Assembly (NCBI GenBank): GCA_033762295.1
Contig: JANRLW010000108.1
Span: 1 to 29,045 of the forward strand
Length of the DNA stretch: 29,045 nucleotides
Source: Capsulimonadales bacterium
Lineage (GTDB): Bacteria > Armatimonadota > Armatimonadia > Armatimonadales > Armatimonadaceae
Direction: 5' to 3'
Part shown: positions 8,111 through 17,530 of the stretch, in pieces
How the letters are laid out: the number at the start of each line of letters is the position of its first letter
Numbering within the stretch: the first letter of the stretch is position 1
The notes under the pieces: model-generated
The model's input: only the letters and a program-made list of their open reading frames with translations
Told to the model about the DNA's origin: nothing
The model's database searches: none
Made by a program: the position numbers and the translations under genes

Positions 8111-9415
8111 TCAGTTTTGCGGGTTTGATTCGCGTACCTCCCGCTGGCTGACCAACAGCAAAAACAGGGTGACCGAAAACGCCAGACCGGAGACGATACG
8201 AATGGTGAGAAACGGACCGTATCGTTCGCTCAGAAAGCCCAGGAGCAACCCGCCGGCCGGCATCAACGCATTGGCGACCAGCGAATAGACGGCCATGACC
8301 CGTCCGCGCAGATAGTTCGGCGCGTCCTCCTGTACCTTGGTATTGGCGCTGGTGGTAAAAACGACCATTCCGATCCCGGCAAAGAACAGGCAGATCAACG
8401 CGAGCGGGTAGGATCGACTCCAGGCAAGAACGGCCAGGAAAGCGCAGAACTGAAGCGCGCCGCCATAGACCAGGAGTCGGCGGGGAATCCGGTTGCCGAC
8501 AGCGACGACCAGCGTTCCGCCGACCGTCGCGCCGATGCCGTTCACCGTGACCATCGTGCCGAACCCGACCGCGCCCTGACCATATCGTTCCGCCAGCACC
8601 GGAAACAGGGTGGAAACCGACAGGACGAAGAGACTGGTGACCCCGATCAGGACCGTGACCCGCCAGAGGCTCGGAAGACTGCCGAGAAAACGGACGCCCT
8701 CCCAGGGCGAGAACATCGTCGCGCCGCCCCGTTCCCGGGTCGCCGTCGGAAGGCGCATCCGGCTCAGGGAGATAAGGACGGCAATAAAAGAAAGCCCGTT
8801 CAAAAAGAAGCAGGCCGCCGCGCTCAACCGGACCAGAGCGATTCCGGCCAGCATCGGACCAAGGAACCGCGCCAGATTGAACCGAAGCGAGTTCAGGGCG
8901 ATCGCGTTCGAGATCGCTCTCGGGTCGTCCACCATTTCGGTGACGAACGCCTGCTGTGCCGGCATATTGAAGGCGTTGACGATGCCGCTCAATCCGGCAA
9001 ACACGGCGATATGCCATCCCTGAATCGGGACCGGGCGGTTCGTCGCCAGAATCGCCAGCGCGAAAGCGAAGATCATCGACAGCGATTGTGTCCAAAGGAG
9101 GATCGTTCGGCGGGGGAAACGGTCCGCCACCTCGCCACCCTTGAAGGCGAACAGGACGTACGGAATCGCCGACGCGCCGGCGACGATGCCGAGCCAAACG
9201 GAGGAACGGGTCAGGTCGTAAACGAGCCATTGCTGCGCGACCGTCTGCATCCAGGTACCGGCGACCGAAACCAGTTGCCCGAAGAAAAACCGTCGAAAGT
9301 TCGGGAACGAGAAGGCATGGAGCGAACCGCCGGGCCGAAAGACAGCGCGGGGGGCGGCCTCACCGCCCGGCGCCTCCTGGGTTTTATGGGCGGGAATCGT
9401 TTCGGAGTCGGACAT
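8111..9415 (-). CDS. MFS transporter (MFS_3/DHA3 EntS-like)
   Basis: About 12 hydrophobic helices; FRRFFFGQLVSVAGTWMQTVAQQWLVYDLT, GGEVADRFPRR motif A, YLRGRVMAVY; ATG 9415 preferred. Confidence 0.93.
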   Translation of the reverse strand: MSDSETIPAHKTQEAPGGEAAPRAVFRPGGSLHAFSFPNFRRFFFGQLVSVAGTWMQTVAQQWLVYDLTRSSVWLGIVAGASAIPYVLFAFKGGEVADRFPRRTILLWTQSLSMIFAFALAILATNRPVPIQGWHIAVFAGLSGIVNAFNMPAQQAFVTEMVDDPRAISNAIALNSLRFNLARFLGPMLAGIALVRLSAAACFFLNGLSFIAVLISLSRMRLPTATRERGGATMFSPWEGVRFLGSLPSLWRVTVLIGVTSLFVLSVSTLFPVLAERYGQGAVGFGTMVTVNGIGATVGGTLVVAVGNRIPRRLLVYGGALQFCAFLAVLAWSRSYPLALICLFFAGIGMVVFTTSANTKVQEDAPNYLRGRVMAVYSLVANALMPAGGLLLGFLSERYGPFLTIRIVSGLAFSVTLFLLLVSQREVRESNPQN

Positions 9416-9512
9416 AACGGGTGATTGCAGGATGTGCGGGACGAAAGTTAGGTTCCCGCCCGTAACCGTTCGCACCTTCCGGCGTTTTTTCGTTCAGCAG
9501 GGAATTTTGGGA

Positions 9513-9537
9513 GTAATGCGTCCGGCGGTCCGGCGTC
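9513..9537 (+). promoter_or_regulatory. Candidate ECF-type (autoregulatory) promoter GTAAT-N16-CGTC
   Basis: Resembles the generic ECF AAC-N16-CGT layout, just upstream of RBS GAAGGAG and the sigma ATG. Confidence 0.45.
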
Positions 9538-9553
9538 CAACAGGTGAAGGAGC

Positions 9554-10213
9554 ATGAAAGGCGTGTCAGTAACTGCGGCAGCTTGGCATCCCGTGGCGGT
9601 CTCCGAGCCGGAGACGGGAGAGGAGACGAGACAACGCGCGGAGGAGGAGATCTGGCTCCGACTCAGCCGGGAGGGCGACCTGGAGGCGTTCGAGCGGATC
9701 TACCGTCGATACGAGGAAGCGGTCTACCGGTATGCGTTTCGCCTTCTTGAGAACGCCGATGAGGCGGACGACATGCGGCAGGAGACTTTTGTCCGCGCCT
9801 ATCGTTCGTTGGCTCGCTTCCGGGGCGACTGTCGGTTGCGGACCTACCTTTTTGCGATCTGCGGCAATCTTTGCCGGGACCGGCTGCGCCGTCATCAGCG
9901 TCGCCCCGAATCCGGTTACGGTATCGCGGTCCCTGAGGACGCGACGCCGTTTCGCGCCGCACAGGAACGGGACGGTGATCCCTGGCTCGGCCTGCAACGA
10001 GCGACCGATGCCGGGCGCGTGCGCTCCGTTCTCGGGCGGATGTCGGCATCCGATCGGGAAATCCTTCTGCTCCGTCATGCCGAAAATCTGGAGATCGAGG
10101 AGATCGCCGTCATTCTCGGTTGCACGCGGGTCAGCGCCCCCGTGCGGCTGTTTCGTGCGCGTCAGCGCTTCAAGGACTTATATCTATCGCTTCTGAAAGA
10201 GGAAGGGGAATAG
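9554..10213 (+). CDS. ECF RNA polymerase sigma factor (sigma70 family)
   Basis: Region 2 (GDLEAFERIYRRY...EADDMRQETFVRAY..LARFRG..RLRTYLFAI..NLCRDRLR) and region 4 (DREILLLR...LEIEEIAVILG...VRLFRARQR). Confidence 0.95.
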   Translation: MKGVSVTAAAWHPVAVSEPETGEETRQRAEEEIWLRLSREGDLEAFERIYRRYEEAVYRYAFRLLENADEADDMRQETFVRAYRSLARFRGDCRLRTYLFAICGNLCRDRLRRHQRRPESGYGIAVPEDATPFRAAQERDGDPWLGLQRATDAGRVRSVLGRMSASDREILLLRHAENLEIEEIAVILGCTRVSAPVRLFRARQRFKDLYLSLLKEEGE

Positions 10214-10220
10214 TTCCGCC

Positions 10221-12629
10221 ATGGGAAGCGAATTTCGCTTTGGCCGTGACTGCGAGAGGATCGCGGAGCGGCTCGAGGAGTATGTCACCGGCGCATTGCC
10301 GGAGGGCGAGGAGCGGGGTGGAATCGCCGCGCATCTGGACGAATGCCGGGCTTGCCGGGAGGCGGCGGCCTCCGTCGCCCAGGTCGGCCGGATGGTCGGA
10401 AGCCTGTCCGCCCTGCCGATACCCGCGCGGCCGGGAAACTGGGACGGGGTAAAGGCGCGTCTGAAAACGACCCCGAACGCCGCTTCGACACCCGCGCCCA
10501 AGTTCGGATTCCGTTTCTGGGGCGTCGGCGTACTGGCGGCCCTGTGCGGAACGGCGGCGATCGTCCTGCCGTCGCCGAACGGACCGTTGCCGACATACTC
10601 ACAGGAGGCCGCCCGCGCCGCAGCCGATACCGCACCCGGACCCAAATGGGCGGATAAGGTGCCGTTGAAAGGCGATCGGCAGGACCTGCGGGGGTATTCG
10701 ACGGTCGGAACCGGGGGGAATACCCTGACCGTCGCGCCGGCGATCTTCAACAAGCCCGCTGACGGAACGTTCCCGGTGGTCGTGGAAGTGGGCAACAACG
10801 GTCCGGCGACCCGCGCCCGACTGACCATCCGTCCCTTCCAGTATACATATAATACCCTCCGGCAGTATACATACGCTCTCCCGCTTCGAGCACAGGGGGT
10901 CTCCCGTTTCCTGCTCTACCCGTCCGTCGGTGAAGTCGTATCGGGGGAGGCGAAGGTCCGCCTGCGCTTTCAACTGGAAGCGCCGGGGCGAGAGCAATCG
11001 ATTAACCTGGAGGAACCGGCGGGCGGACCGCAAACGAGGGTTGTTTACCTTGGGAAACGCTTCCCGGCGGTGTCCCTGAAAAGGACGGCGCGCCGGAACG
11101 GCCGGCCATTCTATATCCCGAGTTCGATGGATAGGGCGACTTCGATCGGTTACCTCCTGCCGGAAAACGCTCCGGATCAGGCGATCGGTTACGACAAAAC
11201 GGACGTTCTCGTGCTGTCCTCCGATGCCCGTCAGTTAAACGATATTCAGTGGCGCGCCATCAAAAACTGGGTGATTACGGGCGGAGCCGTGCTCCTTTCC
11301 GACCCGGAACTGCTCAAACGACCGATCGTCGCCGGGATGTCGCCCGTCTCCGTCGAGACATCACGCCTGGGAACCCGCCTCCTTCCCCGACCCGGCACGG
11401 ACGTCCGCGACCGCCTGATGTCGAGCATGCCGAACGTTCCGAATCCGCGTCTCGTACGACGCGATATCGGGGCGGGAACCGTTCTGTACGCCAACTTCGC
11501 ACTCGATACCGAGGAGTTGCGCGACTGGCCGGGTTACGGCGTCCTGTGGGATCGGATTCACTGGTTCCGCGTCGGACTGAAGGGGCATGCCTACTTCGCA
11601 CCGAAAGCCGGTTTCAGGACGGAAGCCGCCTACCACCGCCTGTGGCAAAACGGTGGCGGAGCGGGAGACGATCCGTTCCATACCGCTTTTCCCAGGATGG
11701 AACCGATCGCTCTCTACTTCGTCGCCTATTTCCTGCTGGCGGCGCCGGTTACCTACTTCGTTCTGAAACGACGGGGACGGCTCAACAACGCCTGGGTCAC
11801 CGGGCCTTGCGTGGCCCTGTTGTTCTCCGTCGGGCTGTTCGCGCTGACGGTTCGGCTGTATCTTCTACCGACCGCGCGCCGAACGAAAGGGGTGGTCGCT
11901 CTCGCGTCCGGCGACCCGCAGGGCGTCTTTCTCGGAACGACCGAGTTTTTCTTCCCGCGCGCCGGTCGGTACACCGCGAACGTCTCCGGATGGGAGTCGG
12001 TGGAGACACGGGTGGGTCCCTACGATCCGAGGGAGCGACCTCTGGAAACCGTAGGCCAGGCGGAAACCGACCGCACGGAGATCGCAATGGACGTCACGAA
12101 CTTGTCGTTCCGTCGTCTCTACCACCGGCAGTCGGTCAACCTGAACGGACCGATCGTTTTCCATCTGCAGCCGGTCGGCGGGGACCGGTACCGGGGATTT
12201 ATCGAGAACCGAACCGGACAGGCGCTCACGGATGCCACCATCGTCATGAGCGGCTGGAAAGCCGTCCGGTGGAGACCGAACCGCACCAACCTGTCTGGAG
12301 TAGAGACAGATCGGAAACCTTTCGTCGGCCTTTTCCAACTCGGTACGTTGCCCGTGGGACGGACGCCGGTGGATCGGGTGTTTAGGAATCCTGATGAAAC
12401 GCGGATCACGCATGACTACCGGGAACTGTTCGAAGGTTTCATAAGTGATCGTGATTATGTCCCTATGCCGCAGTTCGCCCGAATGACCCTGGTGGCAAGG
12501 ATTCCGGGGGGGCAGTTCGGGCTGCCACTCGGTAAGGACGTGGATCGGGAAAGGAACGTCACCGTCATGGTCAACACGGAGAGGGTGGGAGATACCACGG
12601 ACGCGGTCCGGCAAGGAGGACACCGATGA
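10221..12629 (+). CDS. zf-HC2 anti-sigma domain fused to a large ABC-associated membrane protein (GATase-like extracytoplasmic domain plus TM hairpin)
   Basis: N-terminal C..(ERLEEYVTGAL)..HLDECRAC, then TM1; PVVVEVGNNG; GYDKTDVLVL...QWRAIKNWVITGGAVL; GAGTVLY.NF.L....DW; TM pair YFLLAAPVTYFVLKRRGR...AWVTGP. Confidence 0.85.
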   Translation: MGSEFRFGRDCERIAERLEEYVTGALPEGEERGGIAAHLDECRACREAAASVAQVGRMVGSLSALPIPARPGNWDGVKARLKTTPNAASTPAPKFGFRFWGVGVLAALCGTAAIVLPSPNGPLPTYSQEAARAAADTAPGPKWADKVPLKGDRQDLRGYSTVGTGGNTLTVAPAIFNKPADGTFPVVVEVGNNGPATRARLTIRPFQYTYNTLRQYTYALPLRAQGVSRFLLYPSVGEVVSGEAKVRLRFQLEAPGREQSINLEEPAGGPQTRVVYLGKRFPAVSLKRTARRNGRPFYIPSSMDRATSIGYLLPENAPDQAIGYDKTDVLVLSSDARQLNDIQWRAIKNWVITGGAVLLSDPELLKRPIVAGMSPVSVETSRLGTRLLPRPGTDVRDRLMSSMPNVPNPRLVRRDIGAGTVLYANFALDTEELRDWPGYGVLWDRIHWFRVGLKGHAYFAPKAGFRTEAAYHRLWQNGGGAGDDPFHTAFPRMEPIALYFVAYFLLAAPVTYFVLKRRGRLNNAWVTGPCVALLFSVGLFALTVRLYLLPTARRTKGVVALASGDPQGVFLGTTEFFFPRAGRYTANVSGWESVETRVGPYDPRERPLETVGQAETDRTEIAMDVTNLSFRRLYHRQSVNLNGPIVFHLQPVGGDRYRGFIENRTGQALTDATIVMSGWKAVRWRPNRTNLSGVETDRKPFVGLFQLGTLPVGRTPVDRVFRNPDETRITHDYRELFEGFISDRDYVPMPQFARMTLVARIPGGQFGLPLGKDVDRERNVTVMVNTERVGDTTDAVRQGGHR

Positions 12630-13540
12630 AAGAAAGTCTGCGAAATCTCTTCATCGAAAATCCGATGCAGATCGAGACGGTGCGCGCCCTGCGGCGATTC
12701 ACCGTGGCGGGCGGAAGCGCGACCGTCCCTCGACATATGAGCCGGATCTTTTTCGGGCTGGTCAGCGGGTTGTACCTCTGGTTGCTCTTCGCCATCCTTG
12801 CCTACCGGGAGGACACGAGCCTCGGAATCCTCTGGTTTGAGTTCGTGATGCTGACCCTGCTGGTTCCCGGATCGCTTTACGCGTCCATCTCCGGAGAGCG
12901 TGAACGCCTGACCTGGGATTCCCTGATCCTAACCCGCCTGTCACCGGCGAAGATTCTGGTCGGGAAAATCTGCTGGCGGCTCGGAATGGCTCTTTGCTTT
13001 CAGCTCCTGTGCGCCGCTCCGCTAGTTCTGACCCATGCGGCAACAAAATTTCAGACCCAGTATACGTGGGATATGCTCCTCCGGGTCCAGTTCGCTTTGA
13101 CCGCCTGGGCGGTCTTTCTGGCGACGTTCACCCTGTGGGTGTCGGCGTCCACCCGTCGTTCGGCGATCAGTCTCTCGATAGTGACGACCTGCCTGTTCGG
13201 TTTCCTGATCCTGATGCCGTTTCTGTTGGCCGTATTCAGCATCAATGTCGAACTGGACTACTATGGGCCAACCGTGATCGAGTGGCTGGGGTCGTTCGTG
13301 TGGCACCTCCACCCCGTATCCCTGATGCACGGCCTGACCAGCGAAGGACAACCCCCCACGGACCGCTGGCGCGACCTGTTCGTTCCGCTGTCGATCGATC
13401 GGGTCACGGGAAAGTATACTCCGGCGGTTGGCATCTACGATCTCGTGCCGTGGATTTATCTCACGCTGGCCGGTCTCTGTATCGTCGCGACCCTGAAAAA
13501 CCTGACACGACTCGGAATGCCGAACGGGAAGGAGCGGTAG
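12626..13540 (+). CDS. ABC-2 type transporter permease
   Basis: About 6 TM; SISGERERLTWDSLILTRLSPAKILVGK motif; ATGA overlap with upstream gene. Confidence 0.88.
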   Translation: MKESLRNLFIENPMQIETVRALRRFTVAGGSATVPRHMSRIFFGLVSGLYLWLLFAILAYREDTSLGILWFEFVMLTLLVPGSLYASISGERERLTWDSLILTRLSPAKILVGKICWRLGMALCFQLLCAAPLVLTHAATKFQTQYTWDMLLRVQFALTAWAVFLATFTLWVSASTRRSAISLSIVTTCLFGFLILMPFLLAVFSINVELDYYGPTVIEWLGSFVWHLHPVSLMHGLTSEGQPPTDRWRDLFVPLSIDRVTGKYTPAVGIYDLVPWIYLTLAGLCIVATLKNLTRLGMPNGKER

Positions 13541-13544
13541 GCGT

Positions 13545-14489
13545 ATGCTGGTCACCGAAAACCTTCGTAAAACGTACGGCAACCTGGTCGCCGTCGATGG
13601 CATCAACCTGAAACTGCATCCGGGCGATATCTTCGGCTTTATCGGTCCGAACGGCGCGGGCAAGACATCGACCATCAAGATGCTGGCAACCCTGATTACG
13701 CCGACATCCGGGCGGGCGACCATCGACGGGATCGATGTCGTCAAACACCCGCGTGAGGTCCGCCCGTTAATCGGCTATATGCCCGACGCCTTCGGCGTTT
13801 ACGACGATATCAAAGTCTGGGAGTACCTGGACTTCTTTTGCGCCGCCTACGATCCGCCGCGCGAATCGCGTGGGGAGATCATCGATCGGGTGCTGGCATT
13901 GACCGATCTGACGGAGAAGCGGGACGCGTACGTGCAGACACTGTCGCGCGGTATGCAGCAACGGCTTTGCCTCGCGAAGTGCCTGGTGCACGATCCGAAA
14001 GTCCTGTTGCTGGATGAACCCGCCTCCGGCCTGGACCCGCGCGCCCGGATCGATATCAAGCGATTGATCGCCCGGCTCGGGGCCCTCGGCAAAACGATCA
14101 TTGTTTCGTCCCATATCCTCCCGGAACTCGCCGACTTCTGCAACAAGATCGGCATCATGGAGCGGGGGCATCTGCTGGTCTCCGGCGATGTCGGAACCAT
14201 CGTCCGACAGGTGCAGCCGACCCGACAGTTGATCGTGTCCACGGAGGAGGACGGGGACGTGCTGGAACGTCTCCTTCACGACCTGCAGGAACGCCCGATG
14301 GTGGAGAAGGTCGAATACGACCCGGATGCTGACCGCACCGTGTGCGTTGCCTTCAAGGGAAGTCTGGCAGACCAGGCGGAACTGCTGCGCGACCTGATTG
14401 CCGCCGGGCATCGGATCTGCTCGTTCGCGGAGTCGGCGGTCGATCTGGAGGATGTTTTCCTGCGTGTGACGACAGGAAAGGTGCAATAA
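13545..14489 (+). CDS. ABC transporter ATP-binding protein (DrrA/CcmA-like)
   Basis: Walker A GPNGAGKT, signature LSRGMQ, Walker B LLLDEP, H-loop SSH, C-terminal LEDVFL. Confidence 0.96.
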   Translation: MLVTENLRKTYGNLVAVDGINLKLHPGDIFGFIGPNGAGKTSTIKMLATLITPTSGRATIDGIDVVKHPREVRPLIGYMPDAFGVYDDIKVWEYLDFFCAAYDPPRESRGEIIDRVLALTDLTEKRDAYVQTLSRGMQQRLCLAKCLVHDPKVLLLDEPASGLDPRARIDIKRLIARLGALGKTIIVSSHILPELADFCNKIGIMERGHLLVSGDVGTIVRQVQPTRQLIVSTEEDGDVLERLLHDLQERPMVEKVEYDPDADRTVCVAFKGSLADQAELLRDLIAAGHRICSFAESAVDLEDVFLRVTTGKVQ

Positions 14490-14493
14490 AACC

Positions 14494-16110
14494 ATGACAC
14501 GCAACCCCCTTGCCCAACCGTGGCGTCGAATCTCGAATCTCGCGCGGTTCGTCGCCAATCCGGTCGTCGTACGCGACCTGCGTTCGCATCTGCGCAGTCC
14601 CCGGTCCTTCTGGCTGATCGGCGGGTACCTTCTCCTGCTCGGATTTCTGGCCGTCGCCGGATATGCTCAGTCCACCGGGCAGACCTGGTATCGAACGGAC
14701 TTGACGTCCGCCAATCCCGTGGACGTCATCGGGGCGCAGGCGAACCTGGAAGGCTTTTATAATTTCATTTTCGGAACGCTCGCCGGGATGATCCTTCTGG
14801 TCGCTCCGGCGTTGACCGCCCACTCGATCGTCGGTGAACGACAGCGGCAATCGTTCGATCTGCTCGTTACGACCCCCCTGACCGCCGGGCAGATACTGAT
14901 CGGCAAACTGATTTCGTCGATCGCCTTTATGGGATTGCTGCTGATTCTGTCGCTGCCGGCGACCGCACTCTGCCTCCTTCTGGGCGGCGCGAACGTTGCC
15001 GACGTGCTGCGGATCTATTTCGTGCTGGCGGTCGATGCGGTGGTGCTGTCCGCCATCGGACTGTATTTCTCCTGCGCGGTTCGAGTTCCGCTGCTCGCGA
15101 CCGTCTGGACCTATATCTCCGTTCTGGGCTTCACCTTTCTTACCTTTGTCCTGGGCATGTCAATGGACGGGTCGCTGTCGCCCCTGCCCGGGGCACTGCT
15201 CTGGCTCAGTCCGCTGGGGGCGATTAGTCCCGTCTCCGGAAACCATGACGGACTTTACCACACGACGAGGCTGCTGGCTTTCGCGGCTTTCGCCGTCGTT
15301 CTGGTTCGGCAGTTGATCGCCGCCGGAACCTATCGCCTGGGACGGTTCGGAACGGAAAGCGCGGTCTTCCTGCGGAAACAGGCGTTGCTGATCGCAGGCG
15401 TGATGACCCTCGTCGTTACGACCGGTATCTCATCCGAAGAATGGATCGTGAACAGGTTGACACTGTTCCTATTTTTGACCATCGCGCCGTTCCTCCCCGG
15501 GTTATTCGTTCCCGCGACCGGTGAAGCGTTGCCTCCTCCGGTCGGGAACGGCACGACGGACGCGGAGGACAGGGAGGAAGATCGGACGCCGTTTCGATTT
15601 CGCAACCTCTTTCGCCCGGTTCACAGTGGCGCGTTTCCCTGGTATCTGGCGCTGGTCGGGGTCGTTTTCGCCGGGTGGATTGTTGGCACGATCGGCTACG
15701 AAAGGGTCCGCCTGCCAATGCTGGCGGTAGGAACGGCATTCTGCGGATACCTGCTCGGAATGGGAACCCTCGCCTGGGGGTTGTCGCGTCTGGCGGGAAC
15801 GCTGGTATCCGACCTGTCGTCCGCCCGTGCCACCGCGTTCGGTCTCCTGGTGGCGGTTTGCGGCCTGCCGGTCCTGCTACTGACCTTCGCGAGTTCGGAT
15901 TGGACGGCGAATCCGCTCGCGCCGCTCTGGTTGCTCAGTCCCTGGCTGCGGAATAGCCACTATGGCCATGCGGAGGGCCTGATTCGGTCGGGAATCATCG
16001 CCGCTGCCGTCGGATGGGTGGTTTTCGGGATCGACCTGGCTCTGAGCCGTCGGGCGTCGGACCGAACGACCGGTATCCGTCCGACCACGGAACCGCAGAC
16101 CGCCCGGTAG
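14494..16110 (+). CDS. ABC-2 type transporter permease with extended multi-TM C-terminus
   Basis: NPVVVRDLRS.LR; SIVGERQRQSFDLLVTTPLTAGQILIGKL; about 12 hydrophobic segments. Confidence 0.88.
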   Translation: MTRNPLAQPWRRISNLARFVANPVVVRDLRSHLRSPRSFWLIGGYLLLLGFLAVAGYAQSTGQTWYRTDLTSANPVDVIGAQANLEGFYNFIFGTLAGMILLVAPALTAHSIVGERQRQSFDLLVTTPLTAGQILIGKLISSIAFMGLLLILSLPATALCLLLGGANVADVLRIYFVLAVDAVVLSAIGLYFSCAVRVPLLATVWTYISVLGFTFLTFVLGMSMDGSLSPLPGALLWLSPLGAISPVSGNHDGLYHTTRLLAFAAFAVVLVRQLIAAGTYRLGRFGTESAVFLRKQALLIAGVMTLVVTTGISSEEWIVNRLTLFLFLTIAPFLPGLFVPATGEALPPPVGNGTTDAEDREEDRTPFRFRNLFRPVHSGAFPWYLALVGVVFAGWIVGTIGYERVRLPMLAVGTAFCGYLLGMGTLAWGLSRLAGTLVSDLSSARATAFGLLVAVCGLPVLLLTFASSDWTANPLAPLWLLSPWLRNSHYGHAEGLIRSGIIAAAVGWVVFGIDLALSRRASDRTTGIRPTTEPQTAR

Positions 16111-16118
16111 GTCGAAAG

Positions 16119-16152
16119 CGCGGCGGGGCAGGACAACCGCTGTCCCGCCGCG
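16119..16152 (+). terminator. GC-rich hairpin ending the ECF-ABC operon
   Basis: CGCGGCGGGGCAG-N8-CTGTCCCGCCGCG (13 bp, one G-U); no U-tract. Confidence 0.55.
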
Positions 16153-16201
16153 AACCTTCCGAAAACAACCGGCCATCGCCGGACGGAAGGACCACCTCGT
16201 T

Positions 16202-17530
16202 ATGAACGGGCCAATCGTTGCCGATGCGGAGCGCATCACGCTCCATGTTCCCTTTCGTGAGCGGATCGCCGACTGGAACGAACTGCTGGTTCACCAGTGG
16301 CAGGTCGTCGAAATGATCCGCCTTTCCACGGACTCCTCCGATATCGTCGGGTGGGGCGAAACCCTCCCCTACTACACCTGGGGGCGTGTCACCGACGACG
16401 CCATCGCCCGGATTCGAGGCCGCCGTCTGTTCGAACTGCTCGGCGACGACTCCCTGGGCGCGGGTCTGCAGATGGCGGCCTACGATGCTGCCGGAAAGGC
16501 GGCGGGCGTCCCCGTTCACCGACTTTTCAACCTCCCGGTCGTGCGTCGCTCCTGCCCCATCGCCTGGTGGAACCATGATATGCCCGCCGAACTCCTTGCC
16601 GCGGAGGCAAGCGACGCCATCGCCGGGGGATATATCGCCCACAAGATGAAGGCGCGTCCGTGGATCGATCTGTTCGAGCAGATCGACGCGATCAGCGGCG
16701 TGACGCCGCCCCATTATCGAATCGATATGGACTGGAACGATACCCTGCTCTCCGTCGGGAACGCCGCGCGCATCCTCTCGGAACTCGACCGATACGAACG
16801 GGTCGCGCTGTACGAAGGGCCGATCCCGCAGCGGGATATCGAAGGGTATCAGTACCTTCGGCGCAAGGCGCAAAAGCCGATCGCGCTGCATTTCGGGCAT
16901 CCGCCGTTCCCGACCTGTGTCCGGGCGGAGATGTGCGACGGGTTTGTCGTCAGCGGCGGGGTGTCCTCAGTGTTGAATCAGGGCCTGCTGACCTCGGCGT
17001 TCGATAAGTCGCTGTTCCTGCAACTGGTCGGCACCGGGTGGACGACAACCATGATGGCGCACCTCGGTGCGGTCATTCCGGCGGCTCGCTGGCCGGCGGT
17101 CACCTGCATGAACAATTTCAGCGATGATCTTCTGGCGTCGCCGCTCGAACTTCAGGGCGGATATCTCCGCGTGCCGGACGGGCCGGGGCTCGGAGTGGAG
17201 CCGGACCTAGCGGCGATCGAGCGGTTCCGGGTCCCGGAGAATCCGATCGCTCCGGCGTTCCGTCTGCCGCGCCGGTCGTCGATCCTCTCCGTCGAGCGGG
17301 GCGGGGGACGCGTGACCCATTACGCCTCGATGTGGCGCACGACGCTGATCGACGATGAACAGCGACCCGCCGCCACGGTCGGTCCGCAGCTCTGGGACGA
17401 CTTCCTCGCCGGGAACCAGCCGGTCGACGAACGGGGCGTTCGGCTGACCTTCCGCCACGACGACGGTTCGGCGGAATGGAAGGAACTTTACGACCGGGCG
17501 GTACTCGGACCGGTCGCCTCCGGCGTCTGA
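16202..17530 (+). CDS. Mandelate racemase/muconate lactonizing enzyme (enolase superfamily) protein
   Basis: VGWGE, MAAYDAAGKAAGVPVHRL, KMK, DWN, YEGP, GYLRVPDGPGLGVE. Confidence 0.9.
   Translation: MNGPIVADAERITLHVPFRERIADWNELLVHQWQVVEMIRLSTDSSDIVGWGETLPYYTWGRVTDDAIARIRGRRLFELLGDDSLGAGLQMAAYDAAGKAAGVPVHRLFNLPVVRRSCPIAWWNHDMPAELLAAEASDAIAGGYIAHKMKARPWIDLFEQIDAISGVTPPHYRIDMDWNDTLLSVGNAARILSELDRYERVALYEGPIPQRDIEGYQYLRRKAQKPIALHFGHPPFPTCVRAEMCDGFVVSGGVSSVLNQGLLTSAFDKSLFLQLVGTGWTTTMMAHLGAVIPAARWPAVTCMNNFSDDLLASPLELQGGYLRVPDGPGLGVEPDLAAIERFRVPENPIAPAFRLPRRSSILSVERGGGRVTHYASMWRTTLIDDEQRPAATVGPQLWDDFLAGNQPVDERGVRLTFRHDDGSAEWKELYDRAVLGPVASGV

Noticed and set aside
11249..12385. 378-aa alternative-frame ORF inside the anti-sigma fusion, considered as a possible frameshift or overprinted gene
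   Set aside because: Arg/Pro-rich with no domain signal, while the main frame is continuous and motif-bearing throughout.
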